A stretch of DNA of 61,466 nucleotides, the filler included, from Basidiobolus ranarum (lineage: Eukaryota): NCBI GenBank assembly GCA_040143965.1. It is 22 parts of 22 records of this genome, joined end to end, with 100 filler letters (N's around TTAATTAATTAA, not from the genome) between each part and the next. Parts side by side here need not be neighbours in the genome. Positions count along the whole stretch, not along the records: positions 22,459 to 25,161 come from JASJQH010009932.1; positions 25,262 to 27,964 come from JASJQH010009933.1; positions 28,065 to 30,763 come from JASJQH010009934.1; positions 30,864 to 33,560 come from JASJQH010009935.1; positions 33,661 to 36,354 come from JASJQH010009936.1; positions 36,455 to 39,146 come from JASJQH010009937.1; 16 more parts are not named here. The stretch is one strand, 5' to 3'. Numbering within the stretch: position 1 is the stretch's first letter; every line of letters starts with the position of its first letter. Below, in pieces: positions 25,153 to 36,765 of this stretch. The position numbers were made by a program, and so were the translations under genes. The notes below the pieces were generated by a model. The model searched no databases. It was not told where the DNA came from and saw nothing but the letters and a program-made list of their open reading frames with translations.

Positions 25153-25810
25153 CTGCTATCGNNNNNNNNNNNNNNNNNNNNNNNNNNNNNNNNNNNNNNN
25201 NNNNNTTAATTAATTAANNNNNNNNNNNNNNNNNNNNNNNNNNNNNNNNNNNNNNNNNNNNGAATATTTAATCCACATACTTCAATCTACATACAGATCA
25301 ATCACCATTCTGTGTCTAGTCAATATTTATTTACAGGAAATGTGGATGAGGCGCTTTAGCAAGGCTGCCCAGTCTCCTATTAATATCACTAACACCACCA
25401 ATTAACCTCTTATCCACTTGCGCCTCAATGAATGGAAACTTAGGTTAGCACAGTTAAACCAAGTGTTATCGTATATATTAGTGAAAATTCGGAAGCTACG
25501 GAATGGTGAGAAGTACTGGTAGTATATTTACATTGACAATAACGTACGAAATAAAGAAAAAAGTCCAGGCAATAGCGTATCAGATCAATTCCCATGGTCA
25601 GTCTGATTGATATTCAAGGCATTGATGTTAGGGTGATGTTAGGGATAAAGGCAATCAAGAGCAAAATTTCACTCATCAAAAAAGAAATTCGAAAAGGAGT
25701 GGTTGAATTAAAATGTCAAATCTCAATGCTCTATGATCTCCCTTGTAGTCATAAAAGAATCAGAAATGGAAATAGAGGCAACTCAAGGAGGAATATGAAA
25801 AGGTCCTTAT

Positions 25811-27511
25811 TCAATCAGATAAATCCGATTCTGAATCTGACCCTTCTTCAGAGTCATCATTAGATGATATGGGCGAGTAGCCTCCACCTCGACCTAACAT
25901 TGAAGAAAGTGGCTTTTTGCCGCCATGAGTAGGGCGAATACGTGGTTGATCAACGTTACTTTCAAACACTGCAAGTTCTCCAGGTTCTGACTCCTCAAAA
26001 TTAATAACATCTTGCTGAACTTCCTGTTCAGCTTCCTGATCTTGGGCATCGCTCTCGACCTCTCCATCTTCAACTGGTGGAGAAGGTGAGGTCTCTGATT
26101 TGATTTTCCCGTTAGTCTTTCCATTCGCTTTACCGTTGGCTTTGCCATCTGGTGAACTCTTTTGTGCTTTCTTACTACCTGGCCCACGTCCAGCCATTAT
26201 GATGAATTCTTGCCAAATATACTGTTTACATTGGTCAGCATCTGGCAAGTCCTGTATCATTTTGGCGATGGTCGGATGAGAAAACCCGAAATAATCGGGG
26301 CCGGATGCAGAATTACTATGCTCTCTCTTACGAATTGTGTTCACTGCTTTGACAACTGTCGTCCAAGCACCTGTGGCGGTGTTCGCAATGATAGGGTTAT
26401 CGGGTTGATCTTCAGGTTCAATGTGAAACTATAGACAATGTTACTATCACAAATAGGCATTAGGAAATGTACAAAAGTGTTTACCTTGGGCCCTTCACCA
26501 CCATCAGATATTCTGCATACATATATAGTTTGGTTTTCAGGATCTACCATACTGGCGTATGACCTATACATTGAAGATTCATGGTTACAATGAGACATTT
26601 GAGGAGAGTTCATCTGATTACTAATGTTTACCTTTGGACAGTATATCCCACCGGCCAAATATAGCGTTCGTTATGAAAAGTGCTACGGTCATGAACAATA
26701 GTTCCCAAGTTGCTCACAGTTAACACTCCAACCTGAACTGGAAGAATATAATCGCCCTCATCGTTTTTGGGTAAATCTTGAACTCGACGTGCTTTTACCT
26801 CAACTCGTTTTTGTCTCCTCTTTTTCGGTGCAGTTTCCGCCAACGCTGTAGCGGTGGATGATTTTCGTTTCGCATTCACAGTTGGAGAAGCCTTTGCTGG
26901 ACTTTCTTTTGGTATCTTCTCATTCGGTACTTTCTCGTTTTTGCGCTTAGGTGGACTTCTTCTAGCCAAGGGTACGTCTAAACGAAATAAGTACAAGTCA
27001 GTAACCTTTGGTAACTAGTAATCTACGGTCAAGAGGAAACATACCTGACAAATCTGATTCAGGCTCTGAAGCACTCGAAGCATCGGAAATTGGGTCTGAG
27101 TCCTCTAGTTTAGCTAGTCGCTCGATTAAAATACTAGACATCGGGTTAGTTTGTTGAAATTTATATATAAAATGACTTTAGTCATCAAATAGTAAATAAA
27201 CTTACTTGTTTTCTCTCTTCAAGCGGTAAACCTTTCTTTCTTGCTTTTCGACGATTTCTGTTAATCTGTCTACTTCCTGTATAGTGAACTTTTTAGTCAC
27301 TTTCATATTTACAGAAATTACCCAATCAGGTTGTAGATGATTTCAAACGAAGCTGGTATTTGCGAAACAAGGGAAAATGGATCACTACCTCTAAAACTTC
27401 CTTGAGCTTTTGTTTAAGCTTCTTGTATTTCTCTGGAGAGGGCGAAGGCTCTACATCTTTATGTTTTGACGAACGCTCCCGTTTAATTGAAGGGTAGGTT
27501 GCTAAAGGCAT
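25811..27511 (-). CDS. FYRN/FYRC-domain protein, TBRG1-like, multi-exon
   Basis: N-terminal coiled coil EKYKKLKQKLKEVLE; LTVSNLGTIVHDRSTFHNERYIWPVGY (FYRN); SGPDYFGFSHPTIAKMIQDLPDADQC (FYRC). Confidence 0.85.
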
Positions 27512-28064
27512 AGTTTACTTGCGGTGTGATGTACCTTTCACAGTAATAAGTAAGTAAATGGTAGGATATGCTTTCTCAAAAACAGTGATAGGCACGATAG
27601 GTAAAGAAGGAGTGGTGAACCTTTACTAAAAGAGCTTGAAAAATGAAACGTTTAGAATAGGAGGAAAGAAGCAGGGGTGGGTTGAAGTTAGTTATCAGAC
27701 TTGCAAGGGAAGTCGGCTTGATAATGCAAAGAAATGATTGTAGAGAAAAGAAGGATCAAGCAGGATTGGGGAAGGAGGGTAGATCGTAATTGCATGGGGG
27801 AAGAAATCGCACGAGAAGGAAAGAAATCAATCTCAAATTGTACAGGAAGATAGACCAAAGAATCAATTAGCCAGAACCAGATACTACTGTATTAGGGTAT
27901 TATGTAGCTAAAAATCAGGCAAATATTGAGGATAATTCGAAAGTCCATATTAATCAAGGAAGAGNNNNNNNNNNNNNNNNNNNNNNNNNNNNNNNNNNNN
28001 NNNNNNNNTTAATTAATTAANNNNNNNNNNNNNNNNNNNNNNNNNNNNNNNNNNNNNNNNNNNN

Positions 28065-29114
28065 ATTTCGTTGATTTGTCACCTCGGAAGTGTAGATCAT
28101 TCTGGAATTCAATCTTACACGAGAGAGTTCTTTCAGAAGCTGCCGGTGAGTAAACGTAACATTTAAATTCGATTCAGATTTGCTGCCCACTATCAATGCT
28201 AAGCATATTTCACACATACAGCTGTGCCCATCTGGTGTGACTGGTAATTGCCAATATGAGCCTAATTGTCAGTTCATCCACGGCGCGCCTTGTCCATCTT
28301 GCAGTAAATTTGTTCTACATCCATATCATACCCCACAACAACATCAAGGTAAAATTAGTGGTATTTATCGACATTTCGGATATTTGATCCTGATGAGTAT
28401 CATATCGTTAGCCCATATTACCGAATGTATTTCCAAGAATAGTCACCAATCCGCTGATATAAAGTGCGGGATATGTCATGAAATAGTTCTCTCGAAACCT
28501 GATGGTTGTTTCGGAATATTAAGTATGTCTTTGTTAATCTATGTCTGTATTTTGTCCTCTAACTGAAGTTACACCACCAGACTGTGAGCATCCATTCTGT
28601 ATCAACTGCATTCAAGAATGGCAAGCAAATCAATCCCAAGAAAACGAACCAGCTGCAGGGTGTCCTCAATGGTAACACAATAGTATGAACGAACTTTGGA
28701 GAAATTCTCTAATATTTTTGCTTCTAGTCATGAGATATCCCATGTTATCATCCCAAGTACAACCTGGACAGTGGAGCGGGCCCAGAAACAACATCTCTTT
28801 AATGAATATAAATACAAACTTAGGTAAATGCTGAGAGCTCTAGATACAAATACGTATCAATGTACTGATTGAATTGGCTATACACTTGTTACAATAGTAA
28901 AACTCCCTGCAAGCATTTCAACTCTCCGGAAAAGCAGTGCCCCTTTGGCAACTCTTGCCTCTATGCCCACGAGTCTCTTCCGCTCAGGAACAACGGCAGT
29001 AGTTTTTATACCAAAAGTCCTCAAAAAATTCAAACTACTAAAGAAGTGATACGAGCACTCGGGTCGCCTACATTATCCGATGTTATAGGAAAATGTGACA
29101 TATCCCGGAGCTGA
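28065..29114 (+). CDS. Makorin-like C3H zinc finger/RING E3 ligase, 5'-partial, multi-exon
   Basis: CPSGVTGNCQYEPNCQFIHG, CPSC..VLHP, RING CGICHE..FGIL..CEHPFCINCI.EW..CPQC, terminal CKHF..CPFGNSCLYAH. Confidence 0.85.
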
Positions 29115-29968
29115 TCTCCGGCTGGTTAGCCCAGCCCATATCAGCTCCAGAGAATAGCCAAAAAATATAATCACCCCTAATCTGCCAATTTTATGTGAAC
29201 TATTTCACCTCAAAAACCTATCAAAACAGAAGATATGAAGCACTCTATATATATATATGTATAATACACATATAATATTGCTGAACTTGAACAAAATTCG
29301 ACCATTTGCTCCTTGGAGAGTTGGACCAAGCCCTCAAAATAATGTCGCATGGTAGTCATCAATATTCCATCCATTTCAGTCCATATTTCTTTATGCTTAA
29401 CTTCACGGAAGGAACAGAAGCGTAACTCTCTAGTTGTTGTGTTGTTGGAAAGTAGTCATGTATACCTGACTTGAGCCCGGAACCTTTACTTATTACTTAT
29501 ATTACGTTCAATACTCTTTTCTTCATTCGATTCTTTTTATCTGTATTTCGTCAATGAATTTCCTCTATTTTTCTTTGCGAATTTCACGTTAAATTTCATG
29601 TTCATAATAATAAAGCTGGATCAACCTATATACTCAAGTTACATTCTCTTTTACAACTTGTAGTACTTAATGACCACATCTCACTTAATGCCAGCTAAAC
29701 CAGATTCATTCAATAAAAGACTATTTTTTTAATTGTTTTGTATTCAATCTATTGTGCCATCAATTCATATTTACCCGAATACTATAGTCACGTGTCCAGG
29801 GGATTGAACTGTCGCAGATTGTAAATTTAGGGTATAGTTAAGGCTAAAGATACCCTGAAATCTTTTCAAGAAATTCGAGTGGATTTTTTTTTGCTATAGT
29901 GAAGACATGCTCATAGAGAGTTGTTGAATTTTTATCTTCCGGCTACTCTACAGTTAACGAATATAAGC

Positions 29969-30656
29969 ATGTCTCAAGTAGTTGGAAAGGTAACCGTAGA
30001 AAAGATCTACTTTTAAACCCGTTATACATAGAACTAACAAAAAATTTGATATTTTAATGGTAGACTGCATTGGCCTATTCTCGTGTATGGCATATGGTTG
30101 ATGCCAAAGACCGTGTCCTTGGTAGAATGGCCACTACCATTGCCACCACCTTAATGGGAAAACATAAGCCTATATTTGATCCAGCTTGTAAGTATTTCTC
30201 TTGTTCAGTCTTTAAATCTATTGCCACTTGCTGAAGCACAATTCCATTTAACTCGCATTACTCATTGTGTATATAACAGCTGACTGTGGTGATTACGTTG
30301 TTGTTGTCAATGCCAAACATGTTCACGTTACTGGCCGTAAAGCCGACCAAAAACTTTACAGACATCATACTGGACGTCCCGGTGGTTTGAAAGAAATTCC
30401 CTACAAGTATATGATGGAGCACAAGCCCGAAGAAATCATTCGTAGAGCAGTTTCAGGGATGTTGCCTAAAAACAAAGTCCGTGAACTACGTCTGTCACGT
30501 CTTCTTATTTTCCCTGACGAGAACCACCCACATGAAGGCAACATCATTAAGCGTTATGACGAGAAGATCAACCCAGATCCCAAAAACTTCATGAAATCAG
30601 AGAAATTCAAGCCCAAGTTGTACAAGAAAAAGTCTAGTGATGTGAAGAAAGATTAA
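29969..30656 (+). CDS. MRPL23: Mitochondrial ribosomal protein uL13m (exons 29969..29989, 30064..30187, 30280..30656)
   Basis: [60 protein letters not shown]. Confidence 0.93.
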
Positions 30657-30863
30657 ATATTCCCTTTTTATTCTTAGCTATGGCTTTTCGCAATTCTGCA
30701 TTATAGATATCAGAGTATTACTCAAGAACTAGCTTTTCATCGCATCTGGGGGGGCGCGGGGGGNNNNNNNNNNNNNNNNNNNNNNNNNNNNNNNNNNNNN
30801 NNNNNNNTTAATTAATTAANNNNNNNNNNNNNNNNNNNNNNNNNNNNNNNNNNNNNNNNNNNN

Positions 30864-31019
30864 GATAGCACTGAAAGCGGGGTTGCTCACGAGGCTAGTG
30901 AGTGTCTTGAGGTCAGCATTGGCAACAGTGTTGTCGACCAAGGTTTTCTGAGTATCTTGGGCCACAGTGCTGGCTACTAAGAAGAGAGCGACACTGGAAA
31001 GGAAGAGTTGAGCTTTCAT
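30864..31019 (-). CDS. Secreted fasciclin (FAS1)-like protein, N-terminus (partial)
   Basis: Signal peptide then TLVD..VANADLKTLTSLV, typical of a FAS1 start; TATA at ~31088. Confidence 0.65.
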
Positions 31020-33232
31020 GATTGAAGTTTGGTTTGATTCGGAAAAGAAATGGTTGTTGTCTTGTAATATGACTAGGGTACTACATATTTATAGAAATTT
31101 ATGAACATTATTTACTTGAGAAAGATCGGTCAAACTATATTGTTTTTACAATTACCCGATTCAGGGCCGTCTGATGGAAAGATAGAAGTTCATTTCTCAA
31201 ATATTTTGATGAGATTATGTCTGATCAGGTTTGCTCAGGACTGCAACCGCTGGTGGATAGAATGAAGATTAATGCCAAAAAACATAAAATCGAGCCATAG
31301 TTTGCAACTTGTAGATGACGATCGAGAATCGGCGGAATATAGCAGCTGGTTGCAATTCAACGTTAACCACTAGCATCATGCATCCTTGTTACTCTACTCA
31401 CTAATAGAATCTTCCAAGAGCTATTGATTTCCTCCGGGCGTTCTATAATCTCACTTCCAGCCAGAACAATATACGTAATTCACTGGTTTGCACCTGAACT
31501 GAAAATTGTTACTGACTTTATTGATGCGGAGATCATTAGGCTAAACAAATATGGGTGGTGTACTACGTTTTGGGTTAGTAGTATTGGTGTAATCACGAAC
31601 TACTGATTTACAATCACTTAGCTACCTATATCGGGTAGTTTCAGGCTAATTTAAGGTTGATGGGTATCACTCAAATTGTTAATACTCAGGTTAATATGTG
31701 TAAAATGTCACTAAAACAACCGATCATCTATTACTCCAGATAAGAGAAGCAATTTATACGACTCCCTGATTCGCAGCCTGCATATATGTCAAAGTGACTT
31801 TAAGTTACTAAACGCACAATTGGCTCGTCTAATTACCGATCTAGAAATATTCGGTACCCTGACGATGACTGAATTCATACGGGGCGTGTATATGCTAACG
31901 GTATAGATTGTATTTGGTCGGAAAATAAGAAATTGGTTACTGATTCATTGACTCTTAGGAGATACATTTCTCATCAACTACTACTTAATATTACTTCATG
32001 ATGAAGGCATTATTCCAAAACATGTTCTAATATGTGACTTATTCCCTCAAATTATAAACAAAATCAATGAGGTGGTCAGATGAAAATATAACACTACTGA
32101 GCATTATATTTGTAGAAACAAATATTTCTAACCAGCGATAACCAGGTTAGATTATTTTTCCTCTACAAACTCTGCCCCGTTTCTTATCAATACTCGATTT
32201 AGAGCCGTTCGATATGAATACAGAACTTCTTTATTGGGCATCCTAGGCTCATATTATATTAGGAATACTCGAATCGAAGTTGCGTATAAAACGAAACAAT
32301 TATTTCGGCAAAGCTGTAATCTTCAACTTGTGGATTTTGACCAACTCTGGGGAGGATATTGTTTAAGCGGGTCACAATTTAATCCGATCTCATAGTACCA
32401 ACCTCATATGGTAGTATACCCTGTCATCACTATTTCGTCACGTCATAATAGAAATTCCATGAAGAATTGTTGACTCCAGATGTTCTTTTGCCTAACTAAA
32501 AATTAAACTAGCGAATGCCTATACTAATGGTCCTAGCGAGACCTGGCTACTGGTACTAATTTCAATGCTGTGGTATTAAACTGAATAGTTGATGATTTTC
32601 ATATTCAGTACATGGTATTTATTAGTAGATAATGGCACTCATTTTAAAGTATTGCGAATTAAACCAGTAGATCAAACCCAAATATTATCATGTCAATATC
32701 ATTAGATTATTGAAGCTCCCAGTCCCTACTTTCCGGTGTTGCTCACCTATTAGATCTAGCCAGGCTGAACTCGCTGATGTCCTAACTAAGACAAACCTTG
32801 TTCAGACCGTGCAAAAAAGTCAACACTGGTCCTTCGAACACCACCGTACTGACTCCCCATCCTCAAATACCACGTAGTTAGAGTAATTTCTCAATGATCC
32901 CTTTATTCGTGACGAGTTGTGTAATTTGTTACCTAGATCATAGCTTTAACATACATGTTACATGAACAACTCCAAGTGCTTCATCCACTTTCATTTTTTG
33001 CATACCTTTGACTTAGCAAGATATACTAATGGGTATTCTTGGAGCTCAAGATATCCTCGGATATTTCGCCTTGTTCTTTCATTCATCAAGAAATGTCTGG
33101 AATTAAATTTCGTATTATTTTATTTATGATCAATAGTGCACAGTGTTTGCGAAACGGGACAGATGACTGAAGAATTATACTGTCACGTAGATAAGAGTAG
33201 TAATGAACTGTTTAATACACAATATTCGGGAT

Positions 33233-33560
33233 TTATAATACTGAGTTAGAGACTAATAGTCCTAAAATCAATCCGCTTATACCAAATGAATGTAGAGTGG
33301 AGGCAGAGTTTTGTGAGTTACCGGTAGGCTTTGATCCATTGGCAGGGCTAGTGGTGTCTGCTTGTTGACTAGGAATTAAGACTCCTTCCACAACGTGAAC
33401 CACTCCATTGCTAGTCAATACGTTTGCAATAACAACCTTGACTCCATTGATCGTGACACTTCCATTGGCAATCTTGACGTTTAGCACTCCTCCTTGGACC
33501 GTGGTCAGCTTGTCACCATCTTTGAGATCTGAGGAGTACTTGACACTGGGAGTGACCACG
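33233..33560 (-). CDS. Fasciclin (FAS1) protein C-terminus with GPI-anchor-like tail (partial)
   Basis: LTTVQGG..INGVKVVIANVLTSNGVVHVVEGVLIP (FAS1 H2 motif), Ser/Thr linker, hydrophobic end. Confidence 0.88.
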
Positions 33561-33660
33561 NNNNNNNNNNNNNNNNNNNNNNNNNNNNNNNNNNNNNNNN
33601 NNNNTTAATTAATTAANNNNNNNNNNNNNNNNNNNNNNNNNNNNNNNNNNNNNNNNNNNN

Positions 33661-35080
33661 AAAGTATGCGCTTTTCAGCTGTCATAGTGAAATCCTTGAC
33701 CATCAGTCCACCAAGACCCGATATTTCTCCTGCAGTTTTGATTGTCAAATCAAAGTAATGAACCATAACCGAGATGACCTGACGCAACTCAATCATAGCA
33801 AATTCCTGACCAATGCAGCTCCTTGAGAATTTGCTGAACGCAAAGAAGCACGACGATAACTTCGGATCTTCCACAAATCTCATTGGATAGTATCCCTTAT
33901 GCCCTTGATCATCCATAATCCTCTGATTGAGGGAGTAAAATGGCATCAGTACCTCAACGTTCGCGGGGAGAACAAAACCTTCAATCGTACATTGTTCCGT
34001 AGTGCAGCGGCGGATCGTGGCCGCTCCTGGTGGGAATAAGAATAGAGCCTCGTGAATCACCGCATTAAGAAATTTGGCTTGACGTAGAACACCACTTGGC
34101 AGCACTTGGAAATCACCCTGGATGGATGCGACAGAGTTTGCGTACAGTTCATCAATCTCAGATCGAAGTGTGGCCAACTCAGCTGGATGTTCAGCAAGTT
34201 GTTTGAATATGACTGACAATATTGAAACCGTGGTTTCCATCCCTGCTAGCATAAAAAGTCGCATCGTTTCGACAATATTATCTTTCTGTTCCTTGTCTAC
34301 TGTTTTTTCCTTACGCTCAGCTTCAATCACCATTTGCATGAAATCGTTTGGTGGGTCAGACATTGCCAAGCGCGTATTCAGCATGTTCAATAGGTGGTTG
34401 TACTGTCTGTTGTGGAAAATCGAGAAGGGGAACGTATCTTTGAGACGTAGACTAGTTAAGAATTGTAAGATTGTGACCGTGACATCCCAGTGAAAGAGGT
34501 CGACAAGAGGATGTACTTTTTTAGATGGATCTTACAGGGGATCAGCGAGTTTTGTGCCAAACGCCGTGCCACCCATGACATTCGATGCATTCTCTCAGCA
34601 AAGACGAGTCATGTCAAATGTCTCCCTCAACTCAGCAGCTTTCACCATAAGCTTGCACCATGCGACAGTGCATTCAGTAAAGAGATGCTCAGAGAGAGAA
34701 AGTGATTTGGTGGTGAACACTGGCTTAATCTGACGACGCATTGCACGATGAGTTTGACGATCACGAGTTATTAAAAGGCTGGTGATTGACAGGAATTTGA
34801 GGCCTTCGTAGTACGGCGATTTGGGTAATGTGTACAAGATAATGTCAGCCATAGTAGTGGATCGAATAGCAATCGTATTGTAACCAACACGGATAATGGG
34901 TGACTTGAGGTTCTGGAATTCTTCTTCAATACTCAAATGACGTAGATGCTGTGAAAACAACGGACGGCGCGGAAATAGCCATGTATATGGATAGCCGGGG
35001 ATGTGTACGTGTCGGCGACAATAGTTGAAACTACGCAACACAATAATAATAGCTATGGAAGAAAGAATCAACCAGAACAT
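33661..35080 (-). pseudogene. Cytochrome P450, one reading frame with two in-frame stops
   Basis: N-terminal anchor, AGMETT I-helix, PMRF, FSKFSRSCIG heme loop. TGA at 34595-34597 and TAA at 34532-34534, with the frame continuous across both. Confidence 0.8.
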
Positions 35081-36087
35081 GGGTAGGAATGAGTTGTGAT
35101 GAAGCCCTAGGGTTAGCCGTCAATAACTGAGCGGTCTGTCGATTTCACCAGCTCTACAGCTTCACAAGTGACCTAGAGTATTGCAAATCGGCCAGTCGTA
35201 GTACCTAATCCACAGCCCTCCTTTCATAAGATTTGAGGGGTTGAGAAGTTTGGACAAAATGAAGACTCAGACCTGTATCAGGGACAAATTGCCGGGTTCA
35301 AGATAGTATTATAGGTTGGTTCTATATGATTATATTCTGGCTTAAATCAGCATGTAATATACGTTAATAAATCCAAGTGGCTTAGAAGTAATACTACTCT
35401 GAGAGAAACATGAAACACTGAAATATTTGCAAACGTGGTTATATGGCTTGTCTATTCTTGTTATCTACCTCGTTGCGTAAGCTCTGCAATAAGCACATCG
35501 AAGTATTCATTATCCGTGAAGTTGTCAATTGTATATCAGTTCCGCAACTCTGAAGATCAATAATTGAGTGGGAAGTTTCCATATGATCCCATCTACTTTA
35601 CTGGATGGCTCAATACTGAAAAGTGCTGAATTAAATAATATAATCCCATTTCTGTAATATCGTGAACTTATTCTTACTGTATTGGTTAGAGTATTCAAGT
35701 AGTGCGGCTTAGGGTTAGGCTATATCATTTAACGGTTTGTATTTTGTACAACAAATGATTGACTCGATAAATGTATTATAAAACACTAACTCGAGTGCCC
35801 AATGCGATCACAGGAACCAAGCTTATTTTGCCTATGTGAGTGTACTTCCAATACATAATTTATTCATTTTGTCATCGAGTATTCTAACCGATAACAAGCA
35901 ATAAAAACGAAGGAATCTATATTACCACCTCATAAATTGACATGCATTATTGTACCAATTTCGGAACCAAATTCATTATGTGAGGAAAATTAGGAATTCA
36001 AAATTATAGTTAACATTTACTTGTTTTTAGATTTTATACAATTCATAAAAAGATGAGGAATTTAATTACTATGTACAAGTGGGAAGC

Positions 36088-36354
36088 TTACAAGGCAGGG
36101 CAGTTGGAACACTTGCAGTCATCACCACAACAGCACTTGCCCTTCTTAGCATCGCATGATTCACACTTGCAATCTTTGCCACAGCAACATTTGCTTTCTT
36201 TGGCTTGTTCGCATTTGCAGCCAGCTCCACAGTCACACTTGTCCTTCTTCACCTGCTCACATTCGCAGTCAGTTCCACATTCACACTTGTCACCACAAGT
36301 ACACTTGTTCTTCTTCACTTGCTCACATTTGCATTCAGCTCCACATTTACACTT
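36088..36354 (-). CDS. Long repeat-type metallothionein (5'-partial)
   Basis: 88 visible aa with 26 Cys in CxC/CCC motifs, no aromatic residues, repeated KCxCGxxCxCEQxKxx units. Confidence 0.85.
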   Translation of the reverse strand, partial: KCKCGAECKCEQVKKNKCTCGDKCECGTDCECEQVKKDKCDCGAGCKCEQAKESKCCCGKDCKCESCDAKKGKCCCGDDCKCSNCPAL

Positions 36355-36454
36355 NNNNNNNNNNNNNNNNNNNNNNNNNNNNNNNNNNNNNNNNNNNNTT
36401 AATTAATTAANNNNNNNNNNNNNNNNNNNNNNNNNNNNNNNNNNNNNNNNNNNN

Positions 36455-36765
36455 AAGTTCTCTAGCAAAATTAATAGACTACAATCTGACCAAGAATTAG
36501 CAAACAGTTTGAAGAGGAAATTCGGAGATGCTGTTTTAGTATTAGGTGACTGGTCATCTGCGAATGTGAAATTTCATGAGCCAATTAGAGGGAAAGGAAT
36601 GTGACGTATGCTGCGAAAAGCAGGGTTCGAAGTTCTGTTGTTGAACGAGTTCAGCACCAAGTTTTTTCCCCAAATGTGAGCTCTCAATTGGAAACATTCA
36701 AAACTATTCCAAACCCGAGAGTTTTTAGAAGAAACAGGATGTAAAATGGTCTTTTAAGGTACTGT
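36455..36765 (+). pseudogene. Fanzor (eukaryotic TnpB-like RuvC nuclease) C-terminal relic
   Basis: LKRKFGDAVLVLGDWS..NVKFHEPIRGKGM*RMLRKAGFEVLLLNEFST / PKCE / LETFKTIPNPR..NGLLR; stops and frameshifts present. Confidence 0.75.

Noticed and set aside
25346-25410. GAGGCGC..GCGCCTC inverted repeat as a possible small RNA
   Set aside because: Only a 7-8 bp stem, with no snoRNA or tRNA boxes. No tRNA, rRNA or CRISPR array was recognised anywhere in the window.
34532-34597. Alternative genetic code or selenocysteine as the explanation for the P450 stops
   Set aside because: TGA, TAA and TAG all terminate intact genes in this window (MMM1, UAP1, M6PR-like), and the two P450 stops are different codons.
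36053-36410. His/Ser/Gln-rich repeat ORFs on the + strand
   Set aside because: Antisense shadows of the metallothionein repeats.
30864-36765. Apparent cluster of fasciclin, P450, metallothionein and Fanzor
   Set aside because: Spans three unrelated size-sorted contigs. Only P450 and the metallothionein share a contig, with no evidence of a functional link.
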